64,000 nt of DNA from Alphaproteobacteria bacterium (GTDB taxonomy: Bacteria; Pseudomonadota; Alphaproteobacteria; MPNO01; UBA830), in assembly GCA_964291215.2 (NCBI GenBank), contig OZ219790.1, positions 2,530,588-2,594,587 of the forward strand, given 5' to 3'. The notes beneath the pieces are model-generated. The model worked only from the letters and a program-made list of their open reading frames with translations, made no database searches and was not told the DNA's origin. Shown here piece after piece: positions 1-10,922 of this stretch; position 1 is the stretch's first letter, and each line of letters begins with the position of its first letter. A program made the position numbers and the translations under genes.

Positions 1-627
1 GGTCAGAACCTGCGACATCCCGCCTGTCATGCTAGTGCGCAGCATCTCTGCGACTTTCCGGCGCTCGCCTTCGCGCTCGAGGCGCAGCGGGGACACACCG
101 CGCTCGAACAGGGCACTGAAATACTCCTTCGCCGTTGCACAGACATGGAAGTTCGCCCCGTGGCGGCCGGCCTGCACCCGGAGTTCTTCTATCTCCGGGA
201 CAGCGTCCTTGTCGGTCCCGCGCAGGAGCAGGAGATTCTGGAGCCGCGCGCCATGCGGAAAGTCGGTGATGAAGAACGAGGTTAGTTCCACGACCGGCTC
301 GGCGCGCCGCTCCAGGCGTACGCCGGCGAGGAAGCGCTCGCCGTTCGCGAGGGTAAAGTCGAGCACGGCGTAGGCCGGCCGTCCCGCCTCGCCGAGACGG
401 CCCCAGATGCCTCGGTCTCCACTGGAGCCAGCCGCAGCGAACCGCAGATGGTTCATATCGGGGAGCAAGGCGACGAACGCGGCGATGAGGACCGTCGTCT
501 TGCCGGCCCCGTTCGCCCCTTCCAGAGCAGTGACGGTATGGCTCAGTTCATAGCGCTCGTAGAACACGCCGCGCCAGTTGACGAGGGCGAGCTGGGCCGC
601 CCTGGCTCGTTTGGTGGCCGGTTTCAT
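1..627 (-). CDS. mukB: Chromosome partition SMC-like ATPase MukB, N-terminal part (runs off window edge)
   Basis: Manual translation from ATG at 627: MKPATKRARAAQLALVNWRGVFYERYELSHTVTALEGANGAGKTTVLIAAFVALLPD..GVRLERR; Walker A and close match to the MukB head; ATGA overlap with mukE stop. Not in the ORF track. Confidence 0.9.
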   Translation of the reverse strand, partial: MKPATKRARAAQLALVNWRGVFYERYELSHTVTALEGANGAGKTTVLIAAFVALLPDMNHLRFAAAGSSGDRGIWGRLGEAGRPAYAVLDFTLANGERFLAGVRLERRAEPVVELTSFFITDFPHGARLQNLLLLRGTDKDAVPEIEELRVQAGRHGANFHVCATAKEYFSALFERGVSPLRLEREGERRKVAEMLRTSMTGGMSQVLT

Positions 628-1295
628 GGCTCCTCCTCCGCGAGGCCGGCGTCGTCATCGGTGGTGTCGGCGGTCTCGACCGAGCCCTCGGCGACCAGCC
701 GTTCCAAGGCCCGGGACCGGTCCTCAAGCGACCGGACCGGCTCCGCAAACCGGAGCAGGGCCGAATACAGCCGGATCTCCCGCTCGTCCGCCGAATAAGC
801 CACGAACCCGAGGTCGTCCAGGCTGCGCAGGGCGCGCGTGACCGCTTTGCGTACGCCTTCCTCATCGACCCTCTCCGCGCTGCGTTTCTGGTGTCCGCCC
901 CGGAGTTCGGAGATCAGCCGTCCCCTGCCGACCAGGGCTTCAAGTCTGCGGACCAGCTCTTCGTCCTTCAGAATGCCGCCGTCGCTGACGGTCCGGGGAT
1001 CGAGGTAAAACAGGGCGAGCGTCTGGCCGACGAGCATCTCGGCCCCGGACAGCCGGGCGCGGCCGAGCCGGTCTCCGCGCGGGACCAAATGGAAATAGCC
1101 GTCCGCGGCATGGCGCAGGTCGCAATCGTACCGGCCATAAAAGTCCTCCAGCCAGGCCTGCGCATCGCGCAGAAACCCGTACTGTTCCCCATCATGGGCG
1201 TTGATGTGCCGGCCCCGGCGCAGGCCGATATCGACCTCGGCGAAGAGAGGGGCGGTGACGACATCTTCCAGGCGCCGGAACCTCTCTTCGCTCAT
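624..1295 (-). CDS. mukE: Condensin KITE subunit MukE
   Basis: PLFAEVDIGLRRGRHI..LEDFYGRYDCDL..DGYFHLVPR..EMLVGQTLALFYLDP matches MukE; ATGA overlap with mukF stop. Confidence 0.9.
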   Translation of the reverse strand: MSEERFRRLEDVVTAPLFAEVDIGLRRGRHINAHDGEQYGFLRDAQAWLEDFYGRYDCDLRHAADGYFHLVPRGDRLGRARLSGAEMLVGQTLALFYLDPRTVSDGGILKDEELVRRLEALVGRGRLISELRGGHQKRSAERVDEEGVRKAVTRALRSLDDLGFVAYSADEREIRLYSALLRFAEPVRSLEDRSRALERLVAEGSVETADTTDDDAGLAEEEP

Positions 1296-2599
1296 TTCCC
1301 GGACTCCCGACGCAGTGGCCAGTCCTCGATCTCGTATCCGCCGGGGAGCGTCACCCACGGGCGGTCCTTGCCGGGCGGCAGCGCCGCACGCTCCGCGACC
1401 AGGGCTGCGACCTCTCCGATCGCCGGGTAGCGCCGGTCCTCGTCGAGCCCCGCCAGGACCTCGCGCACCACGCTTGCGAGCGTGTCCGGTGATCGGGCAA
1501 GGGCGTCGGTGGCCCGTTGCACGATTTCGGCAGGGTCCGGGCCGTCCGGCATGTCGTCGAGCTCGGCCTCGCGGTCCTTGCTCGGGCGGACGACCGGCGG
1601 CCGCTCGATACGGGTCTCCATATCGCGCAGGACCCGCATGGGCCGCGGCTGCGGGATGACCAGAAAGAACCGGTTGCCGGGCCAGCCGGCAAGCTGGTCG
1701 CGCAGGCGTTCGCTGAGGGCCCGGTCCGGGTCCAGGCGCACGACATCGCGCAGATAGCCATGAATGTACTCGTAATAGTCGGACCAGGACTTCTGGCGGG
1801 CATTGCCCCAGGCCGCGATACGGTCGAGATGGTCGGCGACCTTCCGGGCCTCCTGGGCGGCTCTAGGGAGCTCCCAGTCTTCGGCCGCCTGTTCGATGTC
1901 CTGGAGAAGGCCCTGCATCTGGTGGACCCGGCTGAGCAGCACCGTCTTCAGTTCGGCGAGGGTTCTGGCGGAATCCGAGAGCAGGTCCTCGCATTCGTCG
2001 ATGGCCGCGAACCAGTCCTTGGCCAGCAGGTCGGAAATGCGGGCCTTGAGGGCCTCCTGCTGGCGTTCCAGGCCACGCTGGCGGCGGTCGATGCCTGTCA
2101 CCAGGTCCCTGACGGTCACCCGGAGCGGCCCGACGACGGCATCGGCGCGCTCCAGGCCGGTCCTCGCTTGGCGGGCGGCGCCCAGGACTTCGGTGAGGGC
2201 GGCTATGACCTGGCCGGTGAGAAGGTCGAGGGATTCCCTGTCGAGAATGTCGCGGCTGTCGGCAATGAAGAACTCGACGATGCCGGTGGACAGAAGCGTC
2301 AGGCTGTAATCGCCGGGCCGGGCGAGGCCGTCGCCGTCGATGCGGGCGAGGAGACCCTGTTCGCGCAGGCGCTGGATGGCGAGCGTAGCCCGTCTGCGCG
2401 GGTTTTCGGCGCCGGGCTCGACGAGATCGCAGACCTGCTCGAACACGGCGACCATGTCTTCGTCTTCCAGGGCGCTGAGGCCCTGCTCGTGGCCCCGGGC
2501 GTACAGGGCGGCGAGGAAGCAGAGATCGATGGTCTTGATATCGAGCGCGGCCCCGAGATGGTGCAGCGAAGCGACAAGCCGTGATGAATCCACTGACAC
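1292..2599 (-). CDS. mukF: Condensin kleisin subunit MukF
   Basis: 435 aa; DLCFLAAL, AIQRLREQGLLARID, WFAAIDECEDLL, YEYIHGYLRDVVRLDPDRALSERLRDQ; position upstream of mukE-mukB. Confidence 0.85.
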   Translation of the reverse strand: MSVDSSRLVASLHHLGAALDIKTIDLCFLAALYARGHEQGLSALEDEDMVAVFEQVCDLVEPGAENPRRRATLAIQRLREQGLLARIDGDGLARPGDYSLTLLSTGIVEFFIADSRDILDRESLDLLTGQVIAALTEVLGAARQARTGLERADAVVGPLRVTVRDLVTGIDRRQRGLERQQEALKARISDLLAKDWFAAIDECEDLLSDSARTLAELKTVLLSRVHQMQGLLQDIEQAAEDWELPRAAQEARKVADHLDRIAAWGNARQKSWSDYYEYIHGYLRDVVRLDPDRALSERLRDQLAGWPGNRFFLVIPQPRPMRVLRDMETRIERPPVVRPSKDREAELDDMPDGPDPAEIVQRATDALARSPDTLASVVREVLAGLDEDRRYPAIGEVAALVAERAALPPGKDRPWVTLPGGYEIEDWPLRRESGK

Positions 2600-2611
2600 G
2601 TTCTTTCTTTC

Positions 2612-2810
2612 GTCGATATGCCCCGTTGCCGATGCTTGAGGCCTCGTGGCGGCGCAACCCGCAGCCGAACATCAGCGCGAGCGCCGCCGCGTCGCGCGCC
2701 CCGGACACCGTTCCGTCGGCGCACGCCCGGAACAGCGCCGCGCACTCGCCCTCCTCCAGAGCCCGGCCGGGCGGCTTCCGGCTCCCCTTCACCGGCTTGA
2801 CCCTCGCTTC
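2612..2810 (-). pseudogene. Tyrosine recombinase/integrase fragment
   Basis: GRALEEGECAALFRAC..GARDAAALALMFGCGLRRHEA (box I G-L-R-x-x-E); no HxxR or Tyr region. Confidence 0.65.
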
Positions 2811-2906
2811 CCGTATAAGGCTGGCACCGGCTCCGAAAAAGTGCGCACGCTGCGGGCGAAATCGGCAATATTGCCTTTGTAGATGAGATCACCTCGCAGG
2901 TGCGCG

Positions 2907-3369
2907 ATGGACACGGTAATTCCCCGGCCGCCCCAAGTCGAGATGGACTTCACCGACGCGCGGCTGACCGGCTTCGGGGGCTGGTCGGTGCTGGGCCAGA
3001 TGGCGGCGCGTCCGGACCTGCCGCGGGCGCTGTCGGCGGTTTCCGTCAAGCAGCGGGCTCGGGGCGCGAGCGATGCGGAGACGCTGTGGAGCCTGATCGC
3101 ATCGCTGGCGGCTGGCAACGGGGCGTTGTCGGATCTGGACGCGCTGCGCGAGGACCGGGTCGGACAACAGCTGTTGGGTCTTGGCCGGGTGCCCTCGGGT
3201 CGGCGTCCTGGCGAGTATCTGGCGCGCATCGACGAGGCGCAGGTCGAGACGCTGCTGGCGGTGGCGCGCGGGCTGGCGGCACAGGTGGCGCCGGCCGTGG
3301 TGGAACACGAAGCGGCGGTACGCGGCTACGTCCCGGTGTTCGTCGACGGCACCGCGATCGAGGTCGACG
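2907..3369 (+). mobile_element. IS1380-family transposase, 5' part, truncated by ISAs1 insertion
   Basis: DFTDARLTGFGGW..LSDLDALRED..VFVDGTAIEV; ends at the CAAGG end of the next element. Confidence 0.65.
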
Positions 3370-5379
3370 CAAGGAGATCCCATGCTTGTTGCTGTGATGC
3401 GATCGGAGTCTTGATCGCGGCGCGGGTCGACGCGTTCGAGTCTGCGATTTGAGATGTGCGGACATCTGCGGCCCGGTGGCGGCGCGGATCGGGGCGCGAG
3501 GGGTCCGTTTCGGCGGATCCGGGGCGAGCGAGAGGCCTGCCGGGTTGGGTGGCCAGGCTCGGATACTTGCGGTTTCGGTCGGGTTGTGAGCGCAGTCAGC
3601 CGGGTCTTGTGACGGCGTGCAGGACCTGCTTGCGTTTGTCGGCATAGTGGTGACGGGCGTCGGCGAAGCTGTGGAAGGGCTGGGGCAGCTTCCGCTGGTT
3701 GTGGATGATGACCGCAATGGCGAGGGTGTTGATGATCGCGTTGTTTGCGGGCGCGTTCGGAGCTTGGAGTCGTCTTCGCGGAAGGTGGCGTCGCGGATGT
3801 GATGATGGCTTTCGACCACCCAGTGACCGCGGTTCCATGCGAGTAGCTGTTGCGGCGAGGCGCGTTCGGCCGCGACCGAGGTCATGGCGTGCTCGGTGGT
3901 CCGTTTTCCGGATTTCCTGCATTCGACGCGCCGGGTGACACGAAAGATCTGTTTGACTAGTTGATCATCTTCGCGGGCGGGGTGAAGACTTCGATGCTGC
4001 GCTGTTCGATGCGGCCGTGCGTGGGCGTTTCGCGGTAGCGTCCCGTGCTCTCCCAATGGATGCTCTCGAACGTCTCGAAGGTCTTGGGAGCGTTGCCCTT
4101 GACTGTCATCATCCAGTCAGCGCCATGGGTCTCGACGATCAGCCGTGCCGTCTCGCGGGTGGTGTGAAGCGCATCGAGCGTGAGCAGACGGCCGGCCACC
4201 GGCGCCGTCGCGGCGTGGACGGCGGCGATTTCCCCGTCGTGATAGTTGAGGATCGAATGCCGGTCCCGTGCCAGCGAGACCGTCTCGTAATGATCCTTGC
4301 CGGTGCGGCCGCGCTTGCCGTCGACCGCGTGGCCGACCCGCAGGCGCGGCTGCGCGCCGCAGCGCCTCCTCGATCCACGCCGGGTCGGTGTTCTGCAGCA
4401 CCCGGTGCACGGTCGATTTGGATACCGGTTCATACCGGCCGGTGTCCGGGTTCTTCCACGCTGCGCCAGATCCTTCTGTGTCATCGCCTTCGCGTAGCGT
4501 GCCGCGGCCACCGCGCCGTGCCAATTCGCCAGCCGCGCCAGCAAGATCACGCACAGCACCGAAGCGATGCCGTGCTTGCGCCCCTGCGCACGCCGGAAAG
4601 CGCCGCAAAATGCTGGTACATGGAGCGCAACTCCCGCGCCGCGCTCTGCGTCGCCCGCAACTCCCACGCCGCAGGAAGTGGCGCACGATCCCGCAACCGA
4701 CGTCGCGACGCAGCGGAACCACGTACAGATCCTTCGCCTCCCCGTGCGGATCAGTATAGCGCCCGCGCGCATAGCCCTTGCTCTTGCCCACGCACGTCCA
4801 GTTCGCTGCTTTGTACATGGTGCCGCGGAACTTCGTCGGTGAGACAAACGACTCCGCCACCAGCAACGGATTGCCGTACGCAGCCTCCCAGTCGTCGCTG
4901 AGACGCCGCTGCATCCGCGACAACGCAAACGAGGCAAGACCTCGAAATGTCCGGCGGCCACCCAGAATCACAAACCTCGTGTTATTTCCGATCAGGTGCA
5001 ACCGCGCAAACTGTTCCTCGCGGCGCCAGCCAATCCAACGGTCCCGCGGCGCACAGATGAAGGCACCCGTCTGCCAGCCCGCAGCGCCAATCCACCGCCC
5101 GCGCCACGTGAATACGTAGCGCAGACCTCGACCCGCAAATTGCTTGAAACCAAGATACGGTCCACCACACGGTTCCAGCGACACACCTCATCCGGCCGCG
5201 CAAGGCGCACCACCACATCCCGGAGCGCAAAACCCTCCGGAGTCGTTTCGAAAACATCCGCGGCGCGCTCCATGACAACCACGGATACCACACCGCTTCA
5301 CAAAAAGCCAGCACCAATCCGAATCCTCCGGAACCCGCGGAACCCAGCCTTCCAACCAACCTAGCGTGGGATGGCCGTG
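3370..5379 (-). mobile_element. Degenerate ISAs1-family element with N-terminal DUF4338 (DruA-like) domain
   Basis: Ends CAAGGAGATCCCATGCT..AGCGTGGGATGGCCGTG; fragments NNTRFVILG..YKAANWTCVG (DUF4338) and VDGK, LTLDALHT, VKGN, RGHWVVE..RDATFRED (ISAs1); many frameshifts. Confidence 0.8.
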
Positions 5380-5670
5380 GCCCTACTACGACCGCACCGC
5401 CGACTACGACGCTCTGATGGTCAAACGCAACGCCCCGCGCTGGATCCGAATGCTCCGACGATACGGCTACATCGCACCCGTCAACGCGGCAGAACTCAAC
5501 CCCGCCTGAGCCTCCTGAAACACGCCAGCCGGCAACGCGGGACTGCTACGGGCCACATCGGGGAAGTCCAACGCTCGTCCCTGCCGCGCCGATCCCGGCC
5601 ACCGACCCCAACTCCGCAACACGGCGTTGGAACCCTTCGCGCGCCCCTCGACCGAATCTGTTTCACGGCA
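5380..5670 (+). mobile_element. IS110-family remnant (transposase C-terminus plus 3' non-coding end)
   Basis: PYYDRTADYDALMVKRNAPRWIRMLRRYGY.. stop at 5509, then non-coding DNA to TTTCACGGCA. Confidence 0.45.
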
Positions 5671-6052
5671 ACAGAACGCAAAAAAATCAGCTCGCCGATC
5701 AGGGTCCGTGGAGGCATACGATCCCCCGGAACCCGAACGGATACCTACAAGGACAATCTCACCGGCCGCCGATAATCCCAAGCCACTACAAATGCATGCT
5801 GAACCGACGCCTTATACCACCGGTCGTTGATTGGAACCGATAGCAGAGCCTCCCTACGTAGCCCGCCCCCTGAGCCGAGGCCTCGTACTGCAAGACCCAA
5901 CTTCAACAGTGACGATTAAAAATAGGTAACTACCCAGGTACCCTGCCAAGTGTGAGAGCTTGCTGATTTTGTTCGCCGTGTCGCTGCTCTCGGCCTTGAC
6001 TGCATAGGCGCGCGCGCCTATGGGTTGCCCTCTCGCATGGGAGGAGCGGCTG

Positions 6053-6657
6053 GTGGGGTATTTCGGATCGAAGGCGACGACGGGTCTGAGCCAGGCGCTG
6101 ATTGCGCTGATGCCGCCGCACTCTGTCTATATCGAGAGTCACCTGGGGGGCGGTGCGCTGATGAAGCGCAAGCCTGCTGCCGTGCGCTCGATCGGGATCG
6201 ACCTCGATGAGCGGGCGCTTGAGGCCTTTGGCTGCGACTACCCGGTGGAGTTGGTGCATGGCTGCGCCCACTCCTTTCTGGCGTCGTTTGCGTTTCTGGG
6301 CCCGGAGCTGGTCTACAGCGATCCGCCCTATCTGCACGCGACCCGGCGTTCGTCGCAGCGCTACCGCTTCGAGTATGCGGAGGCCGACCACGTCGCGCTG
6401 CTTGCTATGACGACCTGCTGTCGGGCTGGCGCCGGCTGGCGCTGCAGGTGACGACCCAGGCCCGGGTGCGGACCGAGGTGGTGTGGTTCAACTTCGCGCC
6501 CGACCGGGTGCACTGGGCGCGCTTCGCCGGCCGGAACTTCACCGACCGCCAGCGCATCAAGCGCAAGGCGGCCAACTGGGGCCGGCTCTACGAGGCCATG
6601 CCGGCGGGCGAACGCCTGGCGGTGCTGGCCGCGATCATGGCCGGCGAGGTCCCGTGA
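6053..6657 (+). pseudogene. Dam/D12-like DNA N6-adenine methyltransferase (frameshifted near 6405)
   Basis: YFGSK, YIESHLGGGA (SAM motif), YSDPPY (catalytic); C-terminus RTEVVWFNF..RQRIKRKA in another frame. Confidence 0.8.
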
Positions 6658-6725
6658 CGGTGGCGCGAGGACCTCGCCGGCCACGACGAGGCTTTTGCGT
6701 GCCTGCAGGACCTTTTCACCCCACA

Positions 6726-8131
6726 ATGCCTGGCGATGACGGTCATCAAAGCCATCCGGGCCAGGGGCTGCTGCGCCTGAGCGCGGCGCTGGTCAGGGAG
6801 AACGACGCGCTGGAGCGGGAGAACGCCCACTTGCGCGAGCGGATTGCCGAACTCGAGCGCAGTGCCGCGCTCGACAGCACCACCAGCTCCCGGTCGCCGG
6901 CCAGCGACGGTCTGAAGAAGAAGAGCGGACCCCAGCGCACCCGGAGCGGCACGTCCGACAGGCGGCGGCCAGCCACAAGGGAACCACTCTGGAGCGGACC
7001 GCGACGCCCGACCACGTCGTCGATCATGATCCCTGCGCCTGTGCGGGCTGCGGCGCGCCGCTGTCGGCCGCTGAGCGTCACGGAGCCCCCGTCTGCCGGC
7101 AGGTCTTCGATGTGCCGCAGCCCCTTGAGGTCACCGAGCACCGCTGCCTCTGTGCCGCCTGCGGCACCGTGACGACAGCCGTCTTCCCGAACGGCGCCCC
7201 GGTCCAGTACGGGCCGCGTATCACCGCGTGGGGGACCTACCTGCTGCACGCGCAGTTCATTCCGGAGAAGCGCGTCGCCGAAGTCATGAGCGACCTCTTC
7301 GCGGTCAGGCTCTCAACCGCCACCATCGCCGCCATGGGCAGACGCACCGCCCGGCGCTTCGAGGGCTTCCTCGACCGTGTCGGCGAGATCATCCGCACCG
7401 CGGCCCCGGTCAAACACCTCGATGAGACCGGCATCCGCATCGCCGCCCGGACCCAATGGCTCCACGTACTGTGCACCCCGTTGCTGACCATCCTGCGCAT
7501 CGCCGCCGGGCGCAGCCACATCGACGAGAAGCTCAACGGCATCGTCATCCATGACGACTACGCCACCTACTTCGCTCTCCAAGGCGTGCGCCACGGGGCC
7601 TGCAATGCCCATCACCTGCGCGAACTCCAAGCCCTGATCGAGATCGAGAACTGGGCAGCCACCACGCACCCGCTCCTCAGCCGTGCCAACAGAGCCGCCC
7701 GCTTCGCCCGCAAGAATGACCGCGACCTGCCCGCTTCACTGGTGGCCCGCATCTCCCGAGCCTGGGACCGCATCCTTGAGCAGGCCATCGCCTCTCACGA
7801 AGAGATGGCGCCCCTCCAGAGCGGAAAGCACGGACGACAAAAGCGCCGCATCGGTCACAACCTCGCCCTCCGGCTCCAGAAATACAAGGAGGGCTGCCTG
7901 CGCTTCCTCACCGACCCGAGAACCCCCTTCTCGAACAACCAGGCCGAGCGCGACCTCCGCATGGGCAAGCTGCGCCAGAAAATCTCGGGCGGCTTCCGAT
8001 CAATGCAAGGCGCCCGCGACTTCGCCAGCCTGCGTTCCGTCATCGCAACAGCCCGAAAGCAACGCTGGAATGTCCTCGAAACCCTGGCGCATCCCGATCC
8101 CATGCAGCTGATCCCGAGACTGCGCCTCTGA
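6726..8131 (+). pseudogene. IS66 transposase (frameshifted in the 5' part)
   Basis: Coiled coil, DSTTSSRSPASDG, PVQYGPRI, HLDETG, CNAHHLREL, FSNNQAERDLRMGKLRQKISGGFRS. Confidence 0.85.
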
Positions 8132-8234
8132 AATCCCCCGCCGCTCGCCTCCGCGTCCGCGGCAGCAGACCGGAAGCTTCAGTCCATAACCCGTGGCTGA
8201 TCGCCGGAAGCAGACCTGGGCAGTTACAAAAATA

Positions 8235-9735
8235 GTAACTGCTCACCCCCTGGTTCCGGCTTGATGTCGGGGTAGAGTAACGAACGGGTTTTCGTGGAGA
8301 TTTGACACTGCATGCCGATTCGCTTAGTGGTGGTCATCGAGAACGACGGGGACCGCCAGTGGGCTACTTTGGATCGAAGGCGACGAGCGGGCTGTGCCAG
8401 CTGCTTCCGGGGCTCCAGCCTCCGCATGATCCGTATGTGGAAACGCATTTCGGAGGCGGCGCGCTGATGAAGCGCAAGGCCGGGTGATGGCGACGGGCGG
8501 CGCGCGAGGAGTTCGAAGCGGCCAAGGCGCTGCGTGCGGCCGGCAAGGTGGCGGAAGAGGCCGTGATCCGCGTCTTCGTCATCCTGCTCGACATCCTCAT
8601 CGTCGTCCTTCTGGAGAAGACCACGCACGAGCCGGAACTCCGGTCTGCCGCCGTCACAGACGGACAAGAGCGTGCCGGGAGCAACGGCCCGAAGCCGAAC
8701 CGGCAGATGGGCGACAACCTGCCATCGTCGAGGAGACGGTCGCGGCCTGCGACGCCTGCGGCGCCGACGGCCCCGTCGATCGGGAGCGCCGCGTCCTCTA
8801 TGACATCGTGTTCGAGGTCGTCGAGCGCCGCGCCGAGATCAAGGAATGCCCGAAGTGCAAGGCCCGGGGCCGGTTCCCCGACAACATCCCGTGCAGTACG
8901 GCATCGGCATTCAGGCCCTCGTCATCAACCTGCTGGTTGCCCAAATGCTGTCCCTGCGCCGTGCCGTCGCGTTCGTGCAGGTGATCTCCGGCATCAAGCT
9001 CTCCGAGGCAACCTGCCTCAGCTATGCTTTCACGATGCGTCATGGGAGGAGGCCGCCGTGGCGCACCTCCTGCAACGCCCGATGTCGACGATTTCGGATC
9101 AACAGTAAGTGGCTTCATGTCGTGGGACCCTGACGTGCAAGTTCCCGCACCGCAAGCGCGGGCAAGAGATCGGCCCGTGCTACAAGGGCGTCCTGGGCCT
9201 CGTACATGGGCCAGTGTAGCCACCAGCTGTGCGGCAGCCACCTGCTGCGCGAACTGACCTTCGTCGTCGAGGCTACCGCGCGACTGATGAAGAGCCTGCT
9301 CCCTGCCACAAGGTCAACAAGAGCGCATCCAAGACCCTGAACGACGCCGGGCGCAAGCGCTACCGCACCATCAGGGCGCCAGGGAACTGCCCGATATCCC
9401 GCCGCCGCCGAAAGGAAAACGTGGACGCAAGTCCGACGCGCACAACCTGCACGAACGTCTCGTGAAACACGAAAACCTGCGCTTCACAGACGACCCCAAC
9501 GTCAGATTCACCAACAATGCCGGAGAACAGAAGATCAGGATGGCAAAGGTCAAGGTGTCCGGATGCTTCCGCTCCACGCAAAAGCATGGTGCCGGAGCTC
9601 AAGCTACCTCACCTCCATGGCCGCACTCGGCTACAACCCACTCGTCGCCACCCAGATCGCCCTCGACGGAAAAGCCGCAGACATCATCAACGAGCACTAC
9701 GACCAATCAGAACCCAACAAGGGGTGAGTAGATAC
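8235..9735 (+). mobile_element. IS66-family element (type B), degenerate, with methyltransferase remnant
   Basis: TIRs GTAACTGCTCACCCC / GGGGTGAGTAGATAC; YFGSKATSG..ETHFGGGALMKRK then IS66 fragments CGSHLLREL, FTNNAGEQKIRMAKVK. Confidence 0.85.
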
Positions 9736-9810
9736 AAATATTCGATATCGCGACGAGTTACACCGGCACGGCCGAGTGTACCCACTACATTTCGTTGATT
9801 TTGGAGGGGA

Positions 9811-10170
9811 TCAGGCTTTGTGTTTGCGCCAGTTCGGCGGGAGGGCGATGCCGAGGGCCTGGAAGACCTTTCCGACCTGGCCCTCGACATGTGTGCGGGT
9901 GGTGATGCGCTTGCCGTCCTTCTCGATGGTGGCCTCTTGCAGGCGGTCGAGGTCGCGGATCAGGTCGTCCCATTCGACGGCGGCGCCGGCGGCGGCGCAG
10001 CGGTCGGCCAGTTCCTTCTGGAGGACCAGCGCGAGGAAGGAGCAGAAGACGTGGCCGCGGATCGCGGCGTCGCAGGAGTGGTAGATCGGTCGGGTGCGCA
10101 ACTGGGCCTTCGCCCGGCGGAACAGGTCTTCCACCGTGAGCAGCTCCCGGTAGCGGAGCACGGCGTTGAG
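9811..10170 (-). mobile_element. IS1634-family transposase C-terminal fragment
   Basis: YRELLTVEDLFRRAK..RTRPIYH..IRGHVFCSFLALVL..KVFQALGIALPP. Confidence 0.75.
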
Positions 10171-10311
10171 CGGCGTCATGCCGACGGCGGTGCACCGGCC
10201 CATCTGGGGATATACCGGTGCGAGCCTCGCAAGGCGACGATGCAAAGTTCCATCGGGCCGTGGCTGCGGGAGACCGGGCGGCGGATGGCGTCGTGGCCGT
10301 GAGCCTCCCGC

Positions 10312-10685
10312 TCACCGGCGGCCTTGTCCGGCGCCGGCCAGCACGCCGTCGACCCGGGCGCGAGAGGCGGAACTCCCGCGCGATCGCCGCCGGCCTGAGG
10401 CCGGTCTCGAAGGCGGCGAGGATACCCCTGCGTCACCGGCGCGGGCCTGGCGTGCGCCCTTCCTCCAGCCGTCTTGCCGGCCTGCCGCCCGCGTCTGCGG
10501 GCCTCGGCTGCCGCCGCTTCGACCGGCCGGTCGAGGTCCGTGTCGTCGAGATGGCGGAGCGAGCGATCGAGGTCGGCGGGCAGGGCGAGCGTGCCCGACC
10601 GGCTCCCGCCGCGCTTTCCCGTCCCGCCACCCGGGCGCGCCGTCCTTCCTGCGCGTTGTCCCGTTTTCGTGGTCCTTCCTGTCAC
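10312..10685 (-). pseudogene. Small hypothetical protein with probable C-terminal HTH (frameshifted)
   Basis: LPADLDRSLRHLDD..EARRRGR, then in another frame AAFETGLRPAAIAREFRLSRARV. Confidence 0.35.
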
Positions 10686-10922
10686 CGGTGAGCGCATCGC
10701 GTGTGCGCTGGTCGATTACAGCCCGAACGTGCCGGTGTGGCCATGGCCGGGGTGCTCTCCAGCTACCGGTCACCCGTGCCGCCGGCCCGCCGTCGGGAAC
10801 ACCGCCTCCCCCGCTCCGCGCCGACAGGAGGGAAGGTCTGGCCGTGAGCGGGGCGGCGGTCGGCGCACCGGAGGGCGGGGCGCTGCCGCCGGGTTCCACC
10901 ACGGCACGATGGAGACGGCAGC

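Larger units (their letters stand above)
5926..8227 (+). mobile_element. IS66-family element (type A) carrying an adenine methyltransferase gene
   Basis: TIRs GTAACTACCCAGG / CCTGGGCAGTTAC; 8-bp target duplication AAAAATAG (5918-5925, 8228-8235). Confidence 0.9.

Noticed and set aside
5926-6657. Restriction-modification system
   Set aside because: No endonuclease or specificity gene nearby; the MTase lies inside IS66 TIRs.
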